NCBI RefSeq assembly: GCF_001194135.2
Contig: NC_068987.1
Coordinates: forward strand, 100,545,136-100,609,135
Length of the DNA stretch: 64,000 nt
Direction: 5' to 3'
From: Octopus bimaculoides
Taxonomy: Eukaryota
The notes under the pieces are model-generated. The model made no database searches. It had not been told where the DNA came from and saw nothing but the letters and a program-made list of their open reading frames with translations. A program made the translations under genes and the position numbers. The first letter of the stretch is position 1. Each line of letters starts with the position of its first letter. Positions 26,401 through 39,419 of this stretch are shown here, piece by piece.

Positions 26401-26592
26401 TTTGTCTCACCACCATCGCTTGACAACCGATGCTGGTGTGTTTACGTCCACGTAATTTAGCGGTTCGGCAAAATAAACCGGTAGAATAAGTGCTAGGCTT
26501 ACAAAGAATAAGTCCTGGGGTCGATTTGTTCGACTAAAATGTGTCGCTCCAGCATGGCCGCAGTCAAATGACTGAAACCAGTAAAAGAATAA
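26401..26592 (+). mobile_element. SINE 3' half (head absent), preceded by (TG)n/(TA)n
   Basis: CCATCGCTTGACAACCGATGCTGGTGTGTTTACGT...CTCCAGCATGGCCGCAGTCAAATGACTGAAACCAGTAAAAGA is a close reverse complement of 27785-27985. Confidence 0.9.
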
Positions 26593-26597
26593 TAAAA

Positions 26598-26658
<61 letters not shown>

Positions 26659-26721
26659 NNNNNNNNNNNNNNNNNNNNNNNNNNNNNNNNNNNNNNNNNN
26701 NNNNNNNNNNNNNNNNNNNNN

Positions 26722-26753
<32 letters not shown>

Positions 26754-27340
26754 CAGATAGATAGATAGATAGATACGTATACAAATGTATGCGCATGTGT
26801 TGTCACTCTTGTGTGTTTTCTCAAGTATAATTTTCCTCCAGTAGTCAGGAATATAATCTTTCTTCTAATGTATAAATACCAACTCACCTTTCTACTCCTT
26901 GTCTAATATTCTCTTGTAGAAAAGAAAAAGCAGACTGTATGGCAGAAAATATTCGTTTAAAAGCCTTATGTGGTAATGACAACTAGAGTATTGATCAATA
27001 TATTTTCACTGCTGCATTTTCACTTTTGTTATATATTTTATTCATTTTACTCTCCTTTTCTTCATTCTGTTCTGGTTTATTTAGTGCGTTGACGAGTTCA
27101 ATCTTCTCAGCTTAATATTTGCTGATTAGTTTTTCAGGCCGAGATACATCTAGTTACAATAGGAGATATGAGCATCTAACCGCCTCACTTCCTCCCCGAT
27201 ATCATTTCATGTTCCTGTTGATGATGCATGCACATTGAAGTATAAACCATCGTAATTACATATTTTTAACTTCTCACCAACCAAAAGGTAAATTCACATA
27301 GATCTTGAATCTTACAGAGCAGACTGATGCAGATCTAACC

Positions 27341-27393
<53 letters not shown>

Positions 27394-27539
27394 TACACAC
27401 ACACCTACACAATCATTCATTCACTCATTCAAGCACAAACCAGCACGTATAACAATATATATAAAACCTATGCATATACATACATAAATCATAAATACGA
27501 GTTGCACGCGCACGCGTGTGTGTGTAAATATACAACCCC

Positions 27540-27579
<40 letters not shown>

Positions 27580-27784
27580 CGCGTGCGGTCGCGTGTATGT
27601 GTGTGCGCGTGCTTAACTGTTTTCCCATGCAAACAGAAAGTTATGAAAAAACAATGCATAAATTTAATATTTTCATTTTATATTTGAAGCCTGTCTTTAT
27701 GAAGCTCCAAATTAATGTTTCTACATACAGGCAATTTTAATAAAATGAGTTGAACTGGGGGTTAAGATCGAGGTGGACAACTCT

Positions 27785-27997
27785 CTTTACTCTTTTACTC
27801 TTCTACTTGTTTCAGTCATTTGACTGTAGCCATGCTGGAGCACCGACTTTACTCGAGCAAATCGACCCCAGGACTTATTCTTTGGAAGCCTAGTACTTAT
27901 TATATCAGTCTCTTTTGCCGAACCGCTAACTTACGGGGACGTAAACACACCAGCATCGGTTGTCAAGCGATGTTGGGGAACAAACACAGACACACAA

Positions 27998-28028
<31 letters not shown>

Positions 28029-28193
28029 CGCCTGGCTTCTTTCAGTTTCCGTCTACCAAATCCACCCACAAGGCTTTGGTCGGCCCGATGCTATTAGTAG
28101 AAGACAGTTGCCCAAGGTGACACACAGTGGGAATGAACCCGGAACCATGTGGTTGGTAAGCAAGCTACTTACCACGCAGCCACTCCTACGCCT
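27785..28193 (-). mobile_element. Apparently full-length tRNA-derived SINE with an internal (TA)/(CA) microsatellite
   Basis: Minus strand: A-box-like TGGCTGCGTGG (28172-28182), B-box-like GGTTCATTCCC (28129-28139), central GGTAGACGGAAACTGAAAGAAG, a microsatellite, then the 3' domain shared with 26401-26592. Confidence 0.85.
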
Positions 28194-30149
28194 AACTAAC
28201 GATATATTAATATGCCAGTGTGGAATAAAAATTGATTTACTTATTGGTTTCGCCTAAACGTATATATCCGGAATCTATGTTATTCTGCGGCTACTCATTG
28301 TGCGTTACCTTGTTATATTTTTTTATAGTATTCAATACTCAATGTTTGGCTTTCTGCGAGTATCCAGACGTTTATACGTTTATCTTTATTCAATTTTTCA
28401 TTGTAACATTTTGTTGGGTACTAGGTACATGAAGTATTTTTCCCAGTATCTTAGCATGACGTTCACCAATCGAATTTTCAATTTAACTTCGTAGATATTT
28501 AATAGTTTCTGATGCATTTTTCTGAACCTCCCATATAGCTGTTTATTACAGTACCCTCTGTTTTATACGTGTTGGTTTTCCTAAATATGTAGAACGTAGT
28601 AACTTACTTTTTTAGTTTATAGCTCTTCGCTTATATTCATATATATATGTTTTTTATTTTTATTTTCCATTACACATATTTGTAGTCTTGTCACAGATAT
28701 TTTATAACTTTTCTAATTGTAGAAACCTCCCCCATGCCAGTATTCGTGGTTAATATAATTTTTCTCTGTCTGTGTTTGGAGCTGTATTCTAACTGCCGTT
28801 ATTATTTTCTTTCCTTTCATATCTAGTCGCAATAATTCACTTAGCTTCCAGCACAAAATATTACAACTATAAATTATTACTGGAACTGCTGAAATATTGC
28901 AATCGCTTAACCTATTTTTGGTTTATTTATCTCCATTTCACGTGTTATAATATTCTTTGCTAATATTATCTTTCATGTATGTGTTTTATATATCTTTTGT
29001 CCATTAATTAACTATTTGTCAGTCTGTGTTTGATCTAATTATTTATTTTGCCTGATATAACATTGCATTGATTCTTTATCATTCGATGTAAAACCCCAAA
29101 TATTTTTTGTTCTTGTAATTATTATTTGGAATGTACTCCATACCTCGTCTTTGCAGCAACAAATCAAATCATTATTAATAATATAATAATTATTTTAGCT
29201 GTAGTTTTATTTTCCCTGCGTGCTTTCAATGCTTTATGGTGAGATGTCTGTGAAACTTGGGTACCTTGAGAGTTTTGTGTTGCTTTTGTAATTGCCAGTA
29301 TTTTGAGATAACCCGAAGTTATTTACGTAAAGTGTTATTTTCCGCATGTTATGTATTTTGCTCAATCTTGTCACCGTGTGTATTTTCTTGCATCATTACC
29401 TAAAAATCTATCCAATGATATCTATTCTTATAGTGATATTTATTTTACCGGCCGAATGCATTGGAAACGAGATTCAACGACTTTTCAACTTCATCTTGGC
29501 AAGGAAAGTGAATGTAGAGAGGGAAATGTTCTCCTACACTAAAAATGTCAAAATGTGATTAAATGCAAATAAAATGGTTTGAGTGAATGGAAACTCACTA
29601 AGCATATGTTCGAAAAATATATTTGGGCGAGGACATATATATAACTTTGGTGATCTGAAGTTTTGGATTCGGCAACCTCATCTTGATGACTAGTAAACCG
29701 GGAAATCAAAGAAACAAGAAAAATCAAAAATCAGAAAATTGAAACGTGCACATGACACCCAACACATATGACAAAACCACCCCATACACTCTCAATTCCA
29801 CAACAACAGAATAATAATCATCATCTCTATCCGCAACAAAATACACAAAAACAAAAACGAATACACAAGAGCACCACCAGCAGACATAGACAAAACCCCG
29901 AAAACAACACCAACAAAACACAACTCCACTCAAGAGTTCAAGAAGATCTAACATCGACTGTGTGCTACTCAGTGAAATTATCTAAAGCTAATGTCGGTCA
30001 TAGCCCAAAGGTAGAAGATAAAAACAGGGCTAAGCCTTAAATTGAAGGAAAGATCTCAGTCCCTGGTGACCTACCAATGGTTAAGTTTTCCCTAAAACGT
30101 TATAAGTTTGTTAGAGTGAAATTTCTCTTTGACGAAAGGACTGCTCTAG

Positions 30150-32560
30150 TCAAAGCCACCAGTAGGCTTTTGAAAGATTTCTCCTAGGCACACAGGGCAG
30201 TCATGGATATGGACACTTACGTTTGCCGTACATTATAATGGCTAAGGTAAGTGATCATTTTTTCCTTCTCTCCTACAATCACTTTAGTTCTGTGAGTTTG
30301 ATGTCTGAATGCACGTGGTCTGGGTTCGGTCTTGAAGCAGAGATGCCTACTCAACGACATTAGGTTACTGATCGTCTATGTGGTGAACATTAGGGATACT
30401 AGGATTTTAAATGACTGTCTTTTAGTACCTGTTTTCTCCAGCTTTGAGATCATCTGCTTTCGCTTAGTCCACCTGAAAAGGAAAGCGGAGAGGCGGCGTT
30501 ATTTCGGAAAGGACTGCTCTCGGGAGCTTGCAGCACGAATCCAAGAAGATGTGTGCGGTATTTCATCGGCAATTTACTTAACTGTACGGGGCGCGCATGA
30601 GTGACGGACGGACGGAATGGACTATTACCTCATTTATCGACGGCATACCGCGGCTTACAGCCGAAGGCATACATAGTGCGATGACTACCTACAAAAGGGA
30701 GAGTTCTCCGAATTTGAATAACCTGCATATCTTCATGTGCTGTACTTCTGTAATCTCTTGGCTGACGTCTACTGCATCTGACAGCAGAACAAATACAGAT
30801 GGCAGAATTGTTGGCGTCGTAGTGCTCCTGTGAAAGGACCCAAATAAGGCGAACAATATCGATAATTTTAGGCCCGGAGTTTTATGGCAGATTACAAGAC
30901 AGATCATACTTCACTCATTACAGCATAGGGAGTGTAGCTAAGGAATTTAGAATAAAGCTTTTGATAGTGTCGACCATCAATATTGCAGGCTTTCCTCGTG
31001 GTTATATATTTCAGGCTCGTTGCTGGATTAATTCAAGATGAAGCGAAATCAACTGCGTGGTCAAAGTAAATAGCCACCTATTGGAATCGTTTAGCATCGT
31101 ATGTTCGTTCCTTAAACGGCGCCCACGCTTGCACCTTCACTCAGTGCTAGGTTTGCAGTTATTACTAAGGAGTATGGATGATTCGAAGGTCATTTAGCGT
31201 GAGCTAGAACGTGGAAGATTCGTAACAGTTTCTGCAAACCACGTCACAGTAGTAATATCTGACGTGTAGGAAAACGTGATGATTAGAACTACAGTGAGTA
31301 CGAGGCATTGACAGGAGCAAATATTTGGTAGAAGTGGGTGGGCTGCAGAATGGTGCCTAGTGTTTCAGATCCACGCCATTCGGCAACGTTGTGAGGTCGC
31401 TAGACATAAGGATCGAATAAGTAGCTTAGCACACTGGTGTGATTCTCCACACGGACAAATACTGCTGAAGATCTGACGAGAAGTGTGACTAATTTCAGAC
31501 AGGGATGTACCGAAAGGAAGCTAACAGTTTGAATTTAGGGAGTAGACTAAGTTTTCATCACCCTTATCTACTTCCACCTGACTATCATCTGCTGTCCTGC
31601 TTCCTTGATGTCCAAGCTCGATGCTTACCATTCTCTTCGATGTATAACGGATGGGTTCCTCTTGTCGTACGGTCCATTTTTTGTCAGCAGCTGACATGTC
31701 GTAGCTAATGATGTGCAGGCATGCGCTGAGGATGTAACATCTGCAGCCAATGTTTGTCGGTGGGCATTTGTGATCGCTGTTTGTCAAAAAGGTTATGTCA
31801 CAGATCGTCTCATTGATGAAGTTCCACTCCTCGTTGAAGGTGAGACCGAAACTAAGCATTCGGCACCTGGTTGGTCTCTAAGTTCTAACACCCCTCTGCT
31901 AATCAGACAATGCGGTCGCTCGATATTCCACCTTGGATTCCCCGAGAAACATCTAGGCCTCAGTGGAAGTCATTTGGCTGGTATAATACTGATGAATCCC
32001 TAGCCTGGTAGTGTTACCTTGTGGGATGTGGGTACTGCTGGTTCAAGTTAAGTTCTACATCACAGAATTCCTGTCAAACGAGTCTGGCCGAGATGCACGC
32101 CGAGACAGAAAACGTTCTGCATATATTCGTCCACTTGCCGGGCATTGCTGAGGTATGGAGTTTTGTGAAGCAGCTTTTGTGGCATGTATAGCGGATACGG
32201 ATGACATCCAAATCCATTGTGACGATCGTGGTGCTGTCTTCTATTGAACGGGTAGCACTGACAATTTTCTACTGTCTAGTCGCTATGGTAAAAAAGGTCG
32301 TGTTGTGGGCGAGATTGAAAGAACTGAAGAGAGAATATATTTCTCTTCAGTCAAGGTCTCAAAGACGTCTTCATGTTCCACTTCATAAGAAAATGAATGA
32401 CGAAGGAAGTGCTGATACCAGGAATGTTGCAAGTATGGCCCATGTGAATGGATCTACTCTGAGCATGTACATACACACCGGAGGAATTGAAATGGAAGGG
32501 AGTGACTACAGAAACTTTCTTAGGTAATTGGGGTTTCTAGGATGTGAAGTATCTTTGGGC
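30150..32560 (+). mobile_element. Degenerate Tx1/L1-clade LINE ORF2 (endonuclease end, RT, C-terminus)
   Basis: FIDGIPRLTAE, VVVLL*KDPNKANNIDNFRP, KAFDSVDHQY, VVKVNSHLLESFSI and SANHVTVVISD (YADD position) follow Tx1 RT motif order. Many stops. Confidence 0.75.
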
Positions 32561-32715
32561 GCTCCAATTGGTAGATTTCATTGTTTGATATTTTAATTGC
32601 TTTATTGTGCTATAGGCAAAAACCTATTGCCCTTTGTCTTGTTATCCTTACTGTTTTGTTGTCATTAGTGACCAGGATCGAAATCACTCATTATGATTAT
32701 CATTATTATTGTTGC

Positions 32716-32760
<45 letters not shown>

Positions 32761-32768
32761 GATTATTA

Positions 32769-33492
32769 ATATTGCCTTTACACTGCTTTTAAGGCTGGGG
32801 ATGCACTACGGTGTCAATTGTTCACTACCAGTGTACTAAAGTAACACCTCTTATTTTTCGAGCACCTTCCGAAGTATTCGTGCGGTTACAAGCAGTGCTG
32901 TTTTCTGCAAGTGCTCCACCCTCATTGCAACCCCTATTTGTTCCATGAACTTCTCAGGAATTTTACTCAGGGCTCCGACAACTTTTTGTACTACTGCCAC
33001 CTTTTTCATCGACCACAAATGCTTAAACTCTCAAGCTAACCTGTCATATATATCGATTTTCATTCTTCTTTATCGCATACCTTGTTGTCAGCTAGGCATG
33101 GTATATCTATGATCCAGCATAGTTTGCTTTCTTTCTCAATTAACACTATGTCTGGCTTCCTATTCTCTATCTTATGGTCACGCGGAATCATAAAATCCCT
33201 CAGCATCTTTGCCTTATCGTTTTCGATTATGCTTGTGGTCGTACCAATGTTTTGCTCTGTCAAGACTATACATGTTGCAAAGTGTTCAATCGACAAGCCT
33301 TATTATGCTGTCGTGGCGTTTATTATATTCCTTCTGAGTTAATGGTGTACATTGGCTGGTAATATGCTATAAGGTTTCGCCATTTGGTCCACAGATTCTG
33401 CACTAATCCCTTTCTGATATGTTTCTTATTCTGTATTTTATGTAGTTTGTTCTTAGAGCTTGCTTTTGGGCAGCACAGATTAGAGCCTCCGT
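32769..33492 (-). mobile_element. 5'-truncated R4/Dong-like LINE (CCHC knuckle, REL endonuclease, 3' UTR) inside (TAA)n
   Basis: EALICAAQKQALRTNYIK..CRICGPNGETL*HITSQC..KRHD, NRKPDIVLIEKESKLCWIIDI and RILRKVLEK* (stop at 32851-32853). (TAT)n lies on both flanks (32690-32768 and 33492-33680). Confidence 0.9.
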
Positions 33493-33493
33493 A

Positions 33494-33583
<90 letters not shown>

Positions 33584-33984
33584 CATCGTTATTTTTATTG
33601 TTATTAGTATTATTATTATTATTGTTATTATTACGATTATTATTATCCGAATTGTTATTATTGTCATCGTAATAGTCAAGAAAATCACTGCATTAACATA
33701 GTCCATCATCAACATCTGAATTAATAGTATTTCTCATTTATGTGTGTTTGTGTGCGTATTCATGTCATATATATACAAATACATATACGCATATACTTAT
33801 GTGTTTATATAAGTGTATGTGTGTATTGATAATATATGTTTGTCAGTGTTAGTGAGTAGGGGGAAGGTATTAACTATAAATTACATTTCATCGCTATATT
33901 TTCTTGTAGATTTTCAGTAAATTAATATTAAATGTGAAATGGCGATTCTGCTTATTCATTATGTATGCATATACATACATACAT

Positions 33985-34031
<47 letters not shown>

Positions 34032-34086
34032 TATATATATATATATATCTGTATGTATGCATGTATATCTATGCATCTATGTATGC

Positions 34087-34148
<62 letters not shown>

Positions 34149-37100
34149 CTATATATAAGTGCATATATATATATACATACACCCACATATATGTGGGTGT
34201 GGGTGTGTGGGTATATGGGGGTGTGCGCGTGCGTCCGCGCGTGCATATGAGTGTCAATTTAGAGTTAATCGAATATTCAGAATTTAATTTTCTATATGAC
34301 ACGGCGAAAAAAATAAAAACAAACTACAACTTCATCAAAATTATTTCATTATAAAATGCCGAATGAAAGATTTCAAATCTGTGTTATTTCTATTTGGAGA
34401 AGAAAAATAAATGCTAAAAATTATGAGTCGATTCGATTGATATTACATGTAAAATGTCTTAAATGTTCTAGAAATGTTGAAATTGAAAACGTAAAACTAA
34501 TTTTAGTTAAATTACATTTTGAACTAATTACAATTTGATCAAATCATTATTTTAATATTCTTTTCATGTTTTGTTAAGTGGGAACATTTAATATAACATA
34601 TAGAGCATTAAAAAATTAAATCAAGTATTTTTCTGTTAAATATTATTTACGATATGTACAATATTTTCAAATATAAATCAGTACTCTTCTCTATATTGGG
34701 GCAGGAATTTGGATATTATGAAGACTGCGCTATATACGGTGTAATTGTTAGTAACGCGTAACAAGGTTATCACCAGCTTCTATAATATTAGTTACTGTTT
34801 AAGCACTCTATTGTGGAATGTCTGAAGTTGGTACACAGCTGTGGATAAAGACTTCAACAAGAGTTCAAATGCACGTATATATGTGTCCTCATCTTATATA
34901 CTTAAACTTATTATACAGAAAAATTTTCTGTACTATCGTTTCAATTTATAGTGCAGGTTGAACATCCTATATATATATATATATATCCTATATTACAGTA
35001 TATATACGAAACAAAACTGTTACATGCCAGTAATTTAATGTTTAATATTGCTTCTAGTATACACAAATTAATTACTCCGACTTAATTTAACCCTTATTAT
35101 TAGTAAATTTACAAACATTGGATTTGTGGATATTTAATTTTTTCTAAACAAGCGTAAAGGAAGAATCCAAAAGGAGTTGAAGTTTTAACTTATGTCTTGC
35201 GCTCTTTACATTCGAACATATATTATACGGAAGAAACTATAAGAATAATCAAAAGGTTGCTTAAAATCACAAAGAGCTATTTTGTTGTAAATTATTTGAG
35301 GGTGGGGCCTAGTATCAGTCTATGATTAAGTACATTACGATTCAGTGAATTCCAATCCTGATTTTATACAGGCATATCACACTATAAAAGATTGGATTGC
35401 GAAAATCAATGTAATCTTTAGTTTCAAACATGCCTAAAATTTATCTCCAAAATTCTCTTCATTCGGTTTCAATAGCGAAGTATTTTCATTTTAAGCAATT
35501 GGATGCAGGTTTAAATATGGTTGACACCGATCCTTTGTGTTTAGGTTGTCTCCCTATATAGATTAGAGACAAACATTGTGATATACTATCCTATTTTTGA
35601 TTTCTGCTGAATGCTTTTTATTTAATAAAGCTGACATAGTAGTGGATGAGAGAGCGGGAGTGATATTTCTGTGAATTTTTACTGAAAGATTTGTCGGAAA
35701 AGTATGTAAATTAAGCAGTTTATAGTGTGCCGGTATTACATATTTTAAAGATCTGCAGTCAACAAACACGTGGATAGAAATGTAGCAAAGATAGAATAAC
35801 ACAATATTTTAGTGAGGAAAAAAAGGGAAAGAAAAAACTTCAAATAGCAGCCTGTGACAAAAGTTTAAATTGAGAAATTTGGCAAGATAACAAATCTTTA
35901 TATACAGATAGGATAACCGATTAAATGGACATAGGTTTGTGAAGTACTTTAAGGAAGAATGAAGTATTGATATCAATCAACTTAGACAAATTATTAAATC
36001 TTGCTTTCATTTATTATTGAGTTATTATCATTCGGTAGTCTGCTGCATAGGGTCATTATTGCAGCTTTAACATTTGGTTATTTTCGATTCATGACCCATA
36101 TTTTTTTCTTCTCACAGCAAAACTGTAATTAAAACTATTCGTCGATTTTGGCTTTCCTTCTAACGTTTAATGACGGTTCAGAAACTGCACGAGTTTCAGA
36201 GCCATAGAGATAAGTGGGTAAACATTTGTTTCAGAAATAAGAGATAGAATTCTAAATTAAGACCAAATAGAAAGTAATAGAAAATGAGAAGATTAATGTC
36301 ATAGATTGGAAATGACAAGAGGGGAAGATAACGCAAGAGAAATTTTTCTCTGGCTTTATGTTTCGAGTTGTAACTTCGGCTTGTCCTTCCTTCTCTCGAA
36401 AAATGAATGGTGTTATTCTTTCGATACATCTAAAATGTAATTCTAAAATTTCATCAGATGTTGATTTTGCTACTTTTCGTTTCTGTTTTTTTTTCTTTTT
36501 TTCTATTAAGATACTTTTGTAAAACAATTGTACCAGCTTTATAGTGGTTCCAACTGAATCAGAAGAAAACATTCACGAAAAATTGAACATGTGTCCAGTG
36601 AAAAGGAATATGTATTTGAAATTATATTAATTAATGTTTATATAAATCTCCACATATATTCTCACTATAGTGCGTTATTACTTATTTTTATTCATCCTTA
36701 AAACCTGCAACGAAATATGCTCTGTATTTCGATTTCCTATAATGTTTCAATTTTTCTGTATCAGTTTCCTTTTTTCCACTAATTACCCACAAATTGAAAA
36801 GGGTTATTTGACTAAGATCTAATTTTTCAGAGATAGAAAATAAAAACGTATAACAGAAAAACAAGTTTAAAAACACAATGTAAAAGAATACAAAGGAACT
36901 GCTGTTAATGACTTAAGGATTCGATATTTCCGACATAAATCAGTTTAAACAGTCTAATCCCTAAGTGAGTTTAATCCCTGAGTGATCGCTAGATATAAAA
37001 TGAAGCAAAAGTCCTGATAGGATAAGTCAAGTGATTTGTATAGTAATTATCTTTCAACTTCAGAATTTATAACTATAATTAAAATCCATTGTTTGGTTTC

Positions 37101-37252
37101 GCTTCATATCAGAAGAAAGAGTATTGGAGTAAAGCTAAATGATTAATTAAATCGGATATTTTTACCGTCTCCATATTTCTTAATTTCTCCTCTGTTATCC
37201 TTATCATTTTAAACTAATTACTACTACTACTACAAATAATGAAAATAATAAT

Positions 37253-37820
37253 AGGGACCTATATACACTGGAAGCTATGCCAACACTATGGAATAACAAC
37301 AGAAAAAATATGGTATAAACACACGCCAGAAAAGATCAAAGAAAACGAGAAAGCAACCATACTCTGGGATATGCCAATCCACACAGATAGAGAAATTAAG
37401 GCAAATAGACCAGATATAATTGTCAATGATCATGACGAAAAAATGCTTGCTAATTGATGTATCAATACAAGCAGATGACAACGTTTCCCTAAAAGAAATG
37501 GAAACACTTTCAAAATACAAAGACCTGGAAATAGAGGTAGCTTGAATGTGGAATCTAAAAACAGAAACAATTCATATCATAGTAGGTGCCTTAGGTATAA
37601 TAAAATAATATTCAGACAAATACATAACAAAAACACCAGGACTTACAGATATATATAACACAGAAATTTGCACTACTGGGCACTGCACACATCCTACGCA
37701 AAACACTTTCAATACAGTAACCATAAGAGCATCACAGCAAACCACAGCACATACCCAAGGCACACAGAGCTGCGCTCGGTAGTGAAGTGAAAGCACGTTA
37801 TAAAAATAAAACTACTGAAC
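37253..37820 (+). mobile_element. 5'-truncated R4/Dong-like LINE 3' end with (AAT)n tail
   Basis: GTYIHWKLCQHYGI..WYKHTPEK..ILWDMPIHTDREIKANRPDII, SKYKDLEIE and WNLKTETI.IIVGALG. Followed by (AAT)n at 37821-37878. Confidence 0.9.
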
Positions 37821-37877
<57 letters not shown>

Positions 37878-37879
<2 letters not shown>

Positions 37880-38385
37880 ATTAGGAATTCATGAACTAGA
37901 TACGAAACAACACACAAATGAAAGAGAAGATAAGAAAGGTATACTATAGACAAGTTATATTAATACTGAAAACACTGCTCAATGCGAAAACCAAGATAAT
38001 AGGTGTAACACTTAAGCCATCCCAGTTATAAGTTACAGTTTCAATATTCTTAATTGGACTTTAGATGAACTAATCAAAATAGGCAGGAAAACAAGAAAAA
38101 CAATGACAAAATTTACGATGGACAACACAAAATCTAACATAGAAAGGTTATATATACGACATATTGGAGGTGGTAAGGGCCATATATATCTAGAAAACTA
38201 CTATAAAATAACCACAATAGTATTACAGAAATACCTACTTCAGAAGCAAGGAAAGTTGATACAAATTACCACAAAACACGAGCAAAAGAAAACAAGATTT
38301 TCAGTCTTTAAGGGAACTAAATAATACGACAAAGAAGTCATAGTACCTGACAACTAGCTATCAAGAAAAAATAATAAACAACAAT
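37878..38385 (+). mobile_element. REL-LINE RT thumb-region fragment
   Basis: LGIHEL, MKEKIRK.YY, AIPVISYSFNILNWTLDEL..IGRKTRK and IERLYIRHIGGGKG (RLYxxRxxGGRG motif). Confidence 0.8.
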
Positions 38386-38394
38386 ACACACATT

Positions 38395-38552
38395 TATATT
38401 ATTTACATTTGACGGATATTTGTCCTCATATTGTTTGTTGTTAACACAACGTTTCGGTTGATATACCCTCCAGCCTTTATCAGGTGACTTTGGGAAATTT
38501 CGAACCTGGATTCACATTCCTAAGGTATTTTTGTATGCTGTTGTTTTTATTA

Positions 38553-38614
<62 letters not shown>

Positions 38615-38708
38615 GTTATTATTATTATTATTCAGGTCACTGCCTGGAATCGAACTCGGAATCTTGAGTTTAATAGCCCGCGATCTTAACCACTACGCTA
38701 TATGTCCC
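38395..38708 (-). mobile_element. Composite SINE-like element: tRNA-derived head, (AAT)n, hammerhead-like tail
   Basis: Minus strand: A box TAGCGTAGTGG (38690-38700), B box GTTCGATTCC (38646-38655), (AAT)n at 38545-38632, then a hammerhead-like core at 38443-38488. Confidence 0.65.
38443..38488 (-). ncRNA. Minimal type I hammerhead ribozyme-like motif (G8A in this copy)
   Basis: GTCAC-CTGATAA-A-GGCTG(GAGGGTATAT)CAACC-GAAAC-GTT-GTGTT. Stem I CAC/GTG, stem II 4 of 5 pairs, palindromic AACGTT in place of stem III, putative GUU cleavage triplet. Confidence 0.65.
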
Positions 38709-39419
38709 TTTTCTTGAAGGGAGTTATACCCAATTTGTTTTTCTGTTTTCAATTTCTCCATTTTAGAAGCGAAGTTGCTGGAGTTTGCTGCCATAACCAC
38801 ATAGAACACAGAACACAGTGTCAAATTTGTCGCCACATGCTTCCTCACAAATAAAAGACGTTTCAATGACTGCTGTCAACACGTACTTCCTCAGAGATAA
38901 AAGATTTTTCAAAGGCTGTTACTATGGCAACAGGCAAAATTGTTCTTATGTTCCGCTTCTTACAATCGAAGCAGCCATGAATGTGTCTGTGACTTACGAT
39001 TGGCTAAAATTACAAAACTTTTCAAACATTAATTACTAATAACTCTTCAATTATTGATTTATAGCGAAAATTACTTTCACGTCATTAATTAGCCTATAAA
39101 AGTGTATCATTACACTGAATATGTAATCAATTCGAACAGAAAATTGACGCTGGCAGTCAAGCTGAAAAGATGCCTTTTCTTTTCTCCCTAGCTTCTCGAA
39201 TATGTAAACATACATTTTATTGCAACAACACAATTAAATGCAGGATAAAGATTAAGGAGGAAAACACCTGCAAATATATAGAGACTGCACATATAAGAAC
39301 CTATAAAACGAAAAGAAAAGGACAAAAAAAAATAGTAATTAAAAATTTAGAAATTCAAAACTTCAACGATCTTTTATATTATTATTTTTTTTTTCCTATC
39401 AATAATTAAAAAACAGATC

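Noticed and set aside
38633-38708. tRNA gene
   Set aside because: A and B boxes are present, but the acceptor and anticodon stems do not pair properly and the sequence runs into (AAT)n. It is better explained as a SINE head. The same applies to 28120-28193.
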